NCBI GenBank assembly: GCA_040390065.1
Contig: JAZJZE010000005.1
Location: 96,001 to 160,000 of the forward strand
Reading direction: 5' to 3'
Source: a bacterium
GTDB taxonomy: Archaea; Thermoplasmatota; E2; JACPAO01; JAHFTW01
Length of the DNA: 64,000 nucleotides
Position 1 is the stretch's first letter. Each line of letters begins with the position of its first letter. The position numbers were made by a program, and so were the translations under genes. Below are positions 56,873 through 64,000 of the stretch, piece by piece. A model generated the notes under the pieces. It was given only the letters and a program-made list of their open reading frames with translations. It had not been told where the DNA came from and ran no database searches.

Positions 56873-58219
56873 GTGCGAACCACGCTGGCTCTCCTCGCAA
56901 TCGCGGCAGTCTGCCTTCCGGTGGTCGACGCGGCACCCGGTCTGCAGAATCCCGCCGGCCCGTCGCCGCTGTCGTTGTTCTTCCACATCGCGGACTTCCA
57001 GGACTTCCCGATCAACACGCAGGAGCCGGCCAAGGATTTCGTCGCGGAATCCGGCGCCGGCATCACGACTTCGAGCACGAGCTGCCTTCCCCCCTCGCCT
57101 GGGGGGACCGGGCAAGCCTACCACACGCTGCACGGCTTCTCGACGCCCGGCTTCGTCGAATACCAGTACATCGAGAACAACCGGCCGCGCTTCCACCCGG
57201 AACGCGGGCTGTCCTACGACTTGGAGCTTGCCGGCGACACGATGACGATGCACTGGTACCTCTCGACGCAGACCGGGGCGCCATCTGCGGGCGGCCAGGA
57301 CCCGGATTCGGCGCCGATTGTCATGCCTCAGGTCGTCGTGGCCGCCACGATGCGCACCGGCGAGGCCATCCAGATCGACGGCGGCGGCTACGACACCGGG
57401 GCCCTCATCGCGTCCGGCCAAAGTGCCCCCGCCCTGCTTGCTGGACCGGCGTCCCCGATGGTGAGCCCACAACTCAACTGGACGACTGTGGATGGCGCCA
57501 ACGTGTACGAGGTCACCGTGCCGCTGCACATCGCGCAACACACCATCCCGAAGGAAGGCGGCTTCGCCTTGCGCGTCGACACCTACCTCATGGTCCCCGG
57601 CCCGTGCTCCGACCCATCAGCCGGCTACCTCATGCCCAACGTGGTTCGCGTCCATTCCAGTCCCGGTTTCAGGCCGCGCCTGCAACTGCAGCTCATGCAG
57701 CCCATCCGCATCGAGTACCTGCACCCCCAGTTCGTCGGCGAACAACTCTACCTGCACACGTCTGCCAACAGCCCTCTCGGCAACTACGACGTCGATGCGA
57801 ACCACACGACCATCGCCATCTCTGGCCCGACCGCCGCTTCCTCCGTGTACCGCGGCGCCACCGTGCAGCGGACGCATGACCACGGCGCGCACACGCAGCC
57901 CGTCGACATCACGTTCGTGTGGCCTTTTGCGCACGACGGCGGCGCCCCCGGGGATTACGTCGTCACGATGGAGACGTGGAACGACCAGCACACCGCCGTC
58001 GCCCGCGCCGAGGCCCGCTTCACCCTCGGAGACGAATTGCAGGTGACGCGGTGCGGTGGCCTCAACGCGACGGAGTACGCCGCCTCGCATGACGGCTGCA
58101 AGACCGAATACCAGGACTCCCAGGGCAACGCGATCACGCCGACACAGAAGGCACCCTCCGCCGGCGTCCTGGTCGTGGCCCTCCTGGCCGGCCTGGCAGC
58201 ACTTGCGCGCCGCCGGTAG
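56873..58219 (+). CDS. Secreted protein with PGF-CTERM-like tail
   Basis: GTG start VRTTLALLAIAAVCLPVVDA about 30 nt after CTTATC; tail KAPSAGVLVVALLAGLAALARRR. Confidence 0.75.
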   Translation: MRTTLALLAIAAVCLPVVDAAPGLQNPAGPSPLSLFFHIADFQDFPINTQEPAKDFVAESGAGITTSSTSCLPPSPGGTGQAYHTLHGFSTPGFVEYQYIENNRPRFHPERGLSYDLELAGDTMTMHWYLSTQTGAPSAGGQDPDSAPIVMPQVVVAATMRTGEAIQIDGGGYDTGALIASGQSAPALLAGPASPMVSPQLNWTTVDGANVYEVTVPLHIAQHTIPKEGGFALRVDTYLMVPGPCSDPSAGYLMPNVVRVHSSPGFRPRLQLQLMQPIRIEYLHPQFVGEQLYLHTSANSPLGNYDVDANHTTIAISGPTAASSVYRGATVQRTHDHGAHTQPVDITFVWPFAHDGGAPGDYVVTMETWNDQHTAVARAEARFTLGDELQVTRCGGLNATEYAASHDGCKTEYQDSQGNAITPTQKAPSAGVLVVALLAGLAALARRR

Positions 58220-58274
58220 CGCATTCAAGCCGCCTGCCCACAACAATTATGGCAGCAACGGCGTCGGGTGGGGC

Positions 58275-58877
58275 ATGCGCCGGGCACTCGCTCCCCTGAT
58301 TCTGCTTTTCGTCCTGCCCCCGGTGGCGGCGGGGCCAGGCGACATGCCTGCAACCTTCATGCTTTCCACGACGAACACTCCGACCTCGGCGCTCGAACCC
58401 GGCGGGGCACCGATGCTCGTCAACATCACGTGGGTCTACTCGATGTCACAGGCCGCCGCGGCCGAAGCCTCGGCGCAAGGATCCACGACGCTGCACTGGG
58501 CACCGGCACCAACCTGCAGTTTGGCCAACGTCACCGTCACCGGGGAACTCACCCACGTGATCCAGTTCTCCTCCGCCAGTCAAGTCCCCCAGACCCAATT
58601 CAGTGGACGCTCGACCTTCAACGTGGCCGCAGGGTCTACAGCCGACCGGGGCGCGAGGGGAACCTGTCAATTCACGGCCTATGTCGATTCGGCCGGCCCG
58701 AACATCCCGGCAACGACGCCTTCCACGACACTCGCGCCCGTCACGGTGGCTGCAAGAAACGGCGATGACGTCCGAGCGGTTGGCTCGGGAATCGACGAGA
58801 AACCCGCGCCGGGATTCGGCCTATGGGTCGCCCTTGGCGCCCTTGCGGTCATCCTCCTCGCGGCGCGCCGCCGCTAA
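58275..58877 (+). CDS. Secreted PGF-CTERM protein (archaeosortase substrate candidate)
   Basis: Signal MRRALAPLILLFVLPPVAA; tail PAPGFGLWVALGALAVILLAARRR. Confidence 0.8.
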   Translation: MRRALAPLILLFVLPPVAAGPGDMPATFMLSTTNTPTSALEPGGAPMLVNITWVYSMSQAAAAEASAQGSTTLHWAPAPTCSLANVTVTGELTHVIQFSSASQVPQTQFSGRSTFNVAAGSTADRGARGTCQFTAYVDSAGPNIPATTPSTTLAPVTVAARNGDDVRAVGSGIDEKPAPGFGLWVALGALAVILLAARRR

Positions 58878-59653
58878 CCGAAACGCCCCAGGCTCGCCTG
58901 GCCCGACCGTCGCATCTCCTCGACTCTTGGCAGGATATCGTCCCAGTCGATCTCCTTCCATTCGAGGCCGTGCTCCTCGAGCATCTTGCGGGCCTTGTCC
59001 GCGACCCGGGGTGCGATGAGGATGCCGCGGACGGCCTCGTTGTTCTTGCGCAGGCGCTCCACGTAGCGCCACAGTTGCTGCGCCTCCGACACGCCGGCCG
59101 TCGTGCGCTTGCACTCCACGATGAGGCGGCCGCCCTTCGCATCATGGCCGTCGAGGTCGTAGAAGCCGCGCGCCGAGTTGCGTTCGCGGCGGGCAGGCAC
59201 GAATCCCGCCTCGACCAATGCGGGCTGTTCGAAGAGCAACTGTTGCAGGTCGTCCTCCGTGCCGACGAGGTCGAGGTCCATGCCGTCGCGCAAGGGCAAA
59301 CTCGACAGCATTGAGATGGCGTCAAACGTCACTTGCACGATCTCTTCCGGCTTGAGGCGGTGGCTCGTCAACACGACTTTTCCGGCCTCGACCGCGACGG
59401 AGAACGCGGCGCCCGGAGGCTGCCAGTTGACGGGCTTGGCCTTCGCCGCGGTGTGGATCAGCAGCGTCCCATCGGGCTTGAGGACCAGAAGGCGCTCGCC
59501 CTTGTGCAGGTCGCTGCGGGCGCGGCCCTGGTACTTCACGATGCAGGAGCCGACGGCGAGGAGAAGGTGGCCGCGGCGCTGGGCGAGGCCGGCGAGTTCG
59601 TTCTGGAGGAACTGCAGCGCGGCCTCCGTGTCCGGGTCGCGCAGGATGTTCAC
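58874..59653 (-). CDS. nucS: Endonuclease NucS (EndoMS, mismatch-specific)
   Basis: CIVKYQGRA, KPDGTLLIH, KPVNWQP, EDDLQ, YDL...IVECKR, QQLWRY. Confidence 0.95.
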   Translation of the reverse strand: MNILRDPDTEAALQFLQNELAGLAQRRGHLLLAVGSCIVKYQGRARSDLHKGERLLVLKPDGTLLIHTAAKAKPVNWQPPGAAFSVAVEAGKVVLTSHRLKPEEIVQVTFDAISMLSSLPLRDGMDLDLVGTEDDLQQLLFEQPALVEAGFVPARRERNSARGFYDLDGHDAKGGRLIVECKRTTAGVSEAQQLWRYVERLRKNNEAVRGILIAPRVADKARKMLEEHGLEWKEIDWDDILPRVEEMRRSGQASLGRFG

Positions 59654-59913
59654 GTGAATTGCGACGAGGGCGTCAGGCTTGAGGTTTGGCGGGTGGTTTC
59701 AGGTCGAGATTGGGTGTGGGCGGCCTGGGATTGCGGGGATGAAACGGCGATTCTTGGGACTAGGCTGCAATCCCCAGAGTCGCCGTCCATGTTCCCAGAA
59801 ATCCCAGGCCTCCCACACTTGGCCTCGACCGATTGCTCGCGCGCGTCGGCGCCGCCGGGGGCCACATCACAATCGCTTGCGAGGACTTTGAAAAGCAGGT
59901 TTCCGGGCCCGAC

Positions 59914-60336
59914 TCACTTCAAGGCTTCCTGGATCTCTTTCCGCATGTCGACATCCGAGATGCCGCCGTCGCGTTCCTTCTCCGCTTCAATCTCGGCCAG
60001 GAGCTCCGCGAACTGGGCCCGGTACTCGGGGTCGTCGCGCACTTCCTTGGCGAGCTTCGTTGGCAGCAGGTGGTCGAAGACGTCCTTGTGGCCGCCACGC
60101 AGGTTGACGGCGTTGAACTGCTTCTGGCGCACCGTCGCGATGACGGCCGCCTCGACGTTCTTCGTGCCGAAGCCGGGTGTGGCGAAGCTGCGCACGATTG
60201 CGTCCTCGTCGACGTCCGGGCACTCCGACTTGAGCTGGGCGAAGAGGGCGCGGCTCTGGGCGTCGTTGGCGATGACCTTGCGGCCGGCCGCCAACTGCTT
60301 CTCCATGTGTTCCGCGACGGGGATCTCGCGCGCCAT
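59914..60336 (-). CDS. Hypothetical cytoplasmic protein (140 aa, charged, helical)
   Basis: ATG at 60336 about 25 nt after CTTATC; coding-like third-position GC and protein-like composition. Confidence 0.7.
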   Translation of the reverse strand: MAREIPVAEHMEKQLAAGRKVIANDAQSRALFAQLKSECPDVDEDAIVRSFATPGFGTKNVEAAVIATVRQKQFNAVNLRGGHKDVFDHLLPTKLAKEVRDDPEYRAQFAELLAEIEAEKERDGGISDVDMRKEIQEALK

Positions 60337-60415
60337 CAGTTGCGGCGACGAGGCACCTGGATAAGAGGGTGGCGGGCAGCGCAATCCTTTCAGACATGGC
60401 GGGCTGGCCCAGCCC

Positions 60416-60805
60416 GTGCACCGGTTCGCTTTGGTCGTCCTTCCAGTCTTCCTCCTGTCGGGCTGCTCGTCGACGCCCGGGACGCAAGAGGCAGCCTTCG
60501 TCCCGGATGCGACCCACGTCGAGCGCGACGTCACGGGGCCGTTCAGCCATGACTACCACTACGTCGTCGGCCCGGGCGGCTGGATGAACGCCACCCTGTC
60601 GTGGACACACAAGGACCAGGCGATGAACGTCAACATCAAGGCCTCCGGCCTGGGCTACGTGTGCAGCAACAGCGGTGGCACCGGCTCCGGCAAGTGGTTC
60701 TCGCATTGCACGGCGGATGCCGGTTCCAAGGTGACGGTCACCGTGAAGTCCGACGCGCTTGCCACGACCGACCGGTACTCGCTGGACGTGCGGACCGGGG
60801 CTTAG
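60416..60805 (+). CDS. Small lipoprotein with a single beta-sandwich (PPC-like) domain
   Basis: Lipobox LLSGC; ATLSW...MNVNI; paired Cys. Confidence 0.7.
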   Translation: MHRFALVVLPVFLLSGCSSTPGTQEAAFVPDATHVERDVTGPFSHDYHYVVGPGGWMNATLSWTHKDQAMNVNIKASGLGYVCSNSGGTGSGKWFSHCTADAGSKVTVTVKSDALATTDRYSLDVRTGA

Positions 60806-61512
60806 GCCGCGGCCGGGAAGTTCAGGTAGCGCATCAGGTGCACGGGCTCGTCCAGGCCCTTCACGTAGACGTCGGCGGTGAGGTTGAACTGGCCCCACGC
60901 CCGTGTCTTGAGCTGGAAGTTCGTACGCCTGTCGCGCACTTCCCGATCGGGGTCGGGGAAGGTCGGATGCAAGTGGTACACGACGCGGTCCACGCGGGAC
61001 AAGAGTTCGTCGACGTCCGCGTCGAGGGCGACCGTGATGTCGCGCCGCTGTTGGCCGTCGCGGTCCTTCGTTGCGGCTCCGACGGCGTGCACGAGGTAGA
61101 GCGATTGGCCGACGATGTCCTGGCGCTCGATTTGCGTCGTGGCCATGCCAGGCATCTCCATCTCGGACGCCATGCCTGGCGACACTTGGCCGACGAAGAT
61201 GCCGGGGCCCTTCTTCGGGGCGCCGCTCAGTGCTGCCGGCGGCTCGGCGGTGGGTGCGTTGGCAAACGAGGCGACGCTTCCGCTGATGGCCTCCTTGATG
61301 CTGGCGCGCTTCTCGTCAGGCAAGGGAATCTTCTCCCCGCCCGTGAGGCTCACGCCATCCTTGCCGAGCGTCAGGCTGGCTCCGTAGCGCACGCGTTCGA
61401 GGACCGTGGTGTAGAGCGACCGCGTCGGCTTGCGCAGGATCAGCACCAAGGCCAGGACCGTGACGGGCCAAACCAGCGTCTGCAGCAGTGGGATCCAGTC
61501 GGCGACGACCAT
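60802..61512 (-). CDS. Membrane-anchored prokaryotic YEATS (pYEATS) domain protein
   Basis: N-terminal TM WPVTVLALVLILRKP; C-terminal VDRVVYHLHPTFPDPDREV...NFQLKTRAWGQFNLTADVY. Confidence 0.8.
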   Translation of the reverse strand: MVVADWIPLLQTLVWPVTVLALVLILRKPTRSLYTTVLERVRYGASLTLGKDGVSLTGGEKIPLPDEKRASIKEAISGSVASFANAPTAEPPAALSGAPKKGPGIFVGQVSPGMASEMEMPGMATTQIERQDIVGQSLYLVHAVGAATKDRDGQQRRDITVALDADVDELLSRVDRVVYHLHPTFPDPDREVRDRRTNFQLKTRAWGQFNLTADVYVKGLDEPVHLMRYLNFPAAA

Positions 61513-61581
61513 GGGAGCACCGGGGAAAGCCGATGCCCTCGATGCGCTTTCAATGTGCCGTCGCGGCGTCTTTCTGCCGCA

Positions 61582-63810
61582 TCACTTGAACGCCACGGAA
61601 TCCTGCATCGTGAGGGTGCGCAGGTCGTGCGACGTCACACCGAGGTCGCTGATGGAGAACACGGACGCCACGCCGACGTTGGGGAAGCCCTGGAAGTAGC
61701 TGCGCTGGACCTGCGTGCCCCAGGGAACGTCGCCGCCGGCCAGGCTGTCCTGGTCGACGACACCGCGCGAGGACAGCGCCATCTTGCCTTGGTCGAGGGT
61801 CACGAGTTGCAAGCCCACGTGGGTCTTCTGCAGGGGATTTCCGTTGGTGTCCTTGGAGCTCTCTGTCGTCGTCAAGGGCACGGCGAGGAGGCCAGCTTCC
61901 GGCCAGTAGGTGAAGGCCTTGTGCTCGGCGACGGCGCCGCTCCACGTCCGCCCACTGCCTGGACCCAGGTCGAGGAAACTCGTGCGCGTCGGCTTCGTGA
62001 GGTCACTGATGTCGAACAGGTTGACCTCGATCTTGTTGCGGTCGAGGCCGTTGTTGTTCGCCCCCGGCCCGTAGCCGATGGAGAGCAGGGTCTTGTCGTC
62101 CACCGGGTGGATGTACGTGGAGACGCCGGGGATGTCGAGCTGGCCGAGGACTGTAGGCACGGTCGACTTGAGGTCGATGACCCAGAGCGGGTCGTGCATG
62201 ATGAGGCGCACGGGGTCGGGGTACGTGACGAGGTACGCGCGGTCGGCGGTGAAGCGGGCGCTCCAGATGCGTTCGCCGGGCGCGATTCCGGTCACGGTGC
62301 CGGTCGGGACGAGCACGCCGGCCTGCGGCGCAAACAGCGTCACCTGCGTCATGAGAGAGGCGGCTGCGCCGACGGTGCCGCGGGACTGGACCTGCACGGA
62401 GGTCCCCAGGGTCGTGGCCACCCGCAACTGGTCGCCTTGCACGTCGAGGCTGAAGGAGTCCAAGAGAAGGCCCGGGGCTCGGCCGCTGGCGCGCGGCGTC
62501 ACGTCCAGACCCTTCACGTCGAACCAGTTGAGGTCCGTCGTCGCCTCGACCTTGGCCTGCGCGTCGAGCCACCACAGATCCTGGCTGGGCGCCGCAAGGA
62601 CGAGGGCCTTGTCCGATGCGTACAGGATGGCCGACGTGCCGACGACTTGCGTCGTGGAGGTGGGGATGGCTTGGTCGGAGACGGCCATGGCGAAGATCGT
62701 CGAGAAGCCGCGACCCGTCGACGTGGGCGCGGCCAGCACGTGGTGGCATGCTGCATCGTCGAGTGGCGGCACTGCGGGCTTGCCGGCCGGCCCCGTGGCG
62801 ACGAGCGGCAGGTGGTCCGACAGCGACGCCTTGCCGATGAGGTCCTGGTTGTGGTGGTCGACGCGGACGGCGACCTGCTTCACGACGTCGTCGCGGTCGG
62901 CGCGCGACAAGTCGCTGTACGATTCCCAGTCGAGGCCGAGGCCCCTGAGGTCGTCGGCGTTCGGGTAGGCGTACGTGCGCAGGCCGAGGGTGGGCTCCCG
63001 CGTCGAGAGGACAATGTACGCGGTGCCGTCGATGAGCCGAGCCCCGATGGAGTCACCCTCGATCCACGTGTCGGTCTCGATGGAGGGCTTCGCGCGGTCG
63101 GCGAGGGACAGGACGGCGATCCGGGTCATCGATGCGCGGGACACCGGTGGCATGGCGCTCGCGGCGACGGCGCCTTGGACGGACGCGGTCGGCGAGCCCT
63201 GGCCAGACAGGAGCACGACGAGGCGGTCGTCGCCCTCGCCGGGGCCGCGGGGGACAAGCAGGAGTTGCCCGCCAGTCCAGGAATTGCTGAGCGCCAGGCG
63301 GCCTGTCTCTTCGATCTCGCCGAGGTGCTTGCTGTTGAGGACATGCAGCGAGCCGTGGGCAAACACGTACGTCCAGGTGCCGTCGGTCTTGACGAGATCG
63401 GCCTCGTCTGCGCCCTGTTCCTGGTTGTTCGTGCCCGTGGCGGGCGGCATCCCAGGAGCGGCACTCGAGGCGGAGTGGACACTGCCGCCGTCGGATGCGG
63501 CACTGGCGGGTGCGGCGGAGCCGGACATCGTCATGCCGACGGGGGCGGCCATGTCGTCGACCATGACGCCGCGGCCGCTGTGCGAGATCTGGGTCACGAC
63601 GTCGCGGTCGAGAAGCACGCGGCTCTCGCGCAGGGCTCGCTCCTTGAGGGTGTCCAAGAGTTGGGCGCAGTTGGCCATCGGCACGGGGGTGGGGTCGCCG
63701 GCTTCCATCTCGGGGATGACGAAGAGTCCGGAGACGGAGACGTTATGCACGGAGGCGCAGCCGGAGAAGGCGGCGGCCAGGAAGAGGCCAGCAAGGACGA
63801 AGGCTCGCAT
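61582..63810 (-). CDS. Secreted beta-propeller domain lipoprotein (Beta_propel family)
   Basis: Lipobox AAFSGC; TNNQEQGADEADLVKTDG, LRVATT, GERIWSARF...AYLVT, DPLWVIDL, GQLDIPGVSTYIHP, EHKAF. Confidence 0.88.
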   Translation of the reverse strand: MRAFVLAGLFLAAAFSGCASVHNVSVSGLFVIPEMEAGDPTPVPMANCAQLLDTLKERALRESRVLLDRDVVTQISHSGRGVMVDDMAAPVGMTMSGSAAPASAASDGGSVHSASSAAPGMPPATGTNNQEQGADEADLVKTDGTWTYVFAHGSLHVLNSKHLGEIEETGRLALSNSWTGGQLLLVPRGPGEGDDRLVVLLSGQGSPTASVQGAVAASAMPPVSRASMTRIAVLSLADRAKPSIETDTWIEGDSIGARLIDGTAYIVLSTREPTLGLRTYAYPNADDLRGLGLDWESYSDLSRADRDDVVKQVAVRVDHHNQDLIGKASLSDHLPLVATGPAGKPAVPPLDDAACHHVLAAPTSTGRGFSTIFAMAVSDQAIPTSTTQVVGTSAILYASDKALVLAAPSQDLWWLDAQAKVEATTDLNWFDVKGLDVTPRASGRAPGLLLDSFSLDVQGDQLRVATTLGTSVQVQSRGTVGAAASLMTQVTLFAPQAGVLVPTGTVTGIAPGERIWSARFTADRAYLVTYPDPVRLIMHDPLWVIDLKSTVPTVLGQLDIPGVSTYIHPVDDKTLLSIGYGPGANNNGLDRNKIEVNLFDISDLTKPTRTSFLDLGPGSGRTWSGAVAEHKAFTYWPEAGLLAVPLTTTESSKDTNGNPLQKTHVGLQLVTLDQGKMALSSRGVVDQDSLAGGDVPWGTQVQRSYFQGFPNVGVASVFSISDLGVTSHDLRTLTMQDSVAFK

Positions 63811-63888
63811 GACCTCAGCCAACCGCCTGGGAGGCATAAGGCCACGCGATAGGTTGGCAAAATCCCGAACAAAAGGCGGCCCTTGCCG

Positions 63889-64000
63889 CTACTTCGTCGC
63901 CCTTGCCACGTCGGCGATGAGGTCGTCGATGTCCTCGATGCCGACGGAGATACGCACCAGGCCGTCACCGATGCCCAGCGCCTCGCGTTCTTGGGCCGTC
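63889..64000 (-). CDS. C-terminus of a PLP-dependent trans-sulfuration enzyme (cystathionine gamma-synthase/lyase family), partial
   Basis: Manual translation: [33 protein letters not shown]-stop. Confidence 0.88.
   Translation of the reverse strand, partial: TAQEREALGIGDGLVRISVGIEDIDDLIADVARATK

Noticed and set aside
60601-63852. 1083-aa plus-strand ORF
   Set aside because: Shadow of the pYEATS and beta-propeller genes on the minus strand.

Overview
GC-rich archaeal-looking DNA, most consistent with an uncultured Thermoplasmatota-type lineage (inference from the DRG GTPase, archease-rtcB, nucS, PGF-CTERM-like tails, TATA-like boxes ahead of apparently leaderless genes and a tRNA without encoded CCA). 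The left 5 kb holds housekeeping genes: DRG GTPase, a TSP3-repeat surface protein, a wHTH regulator with a small membrane protein, YkgJ, dCTP deaminase and tRNA-Pro(TGG), whose promoter and 5' end are duplicated around a hairpin-rich insert. The main feature is a 38.5-kb head-to-tail array (5507-44028, minus strand) of ten paralogous, Cys-rich, membrane-anchored surface proteins of about 880-1770 aa. All share one C-terminal stalk/anchor cassette but carry shuffled N-terminal heads (nidogen-like, glycine-rich, FN3, cadherin/Big_9, Ca-loop repeats). Directly beside the array lie thiol-redox genes: a TlpA-CcdA fusion and a CcmF fused to what reads as a circularly permuted Omp28/thioredoxin domain. 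The right end carries mutY, lipoproteins, a PaaI thioesterase, a CPBP protease, archease-rtcB, PGF-CTERM-like proteins, nucS, a membrane-anchored pYEATS protein, a beta-propeller lipoprotein and the end of a trans-sulfuration enzyme. All family calls come from motif recognition by eye; no database search was run.
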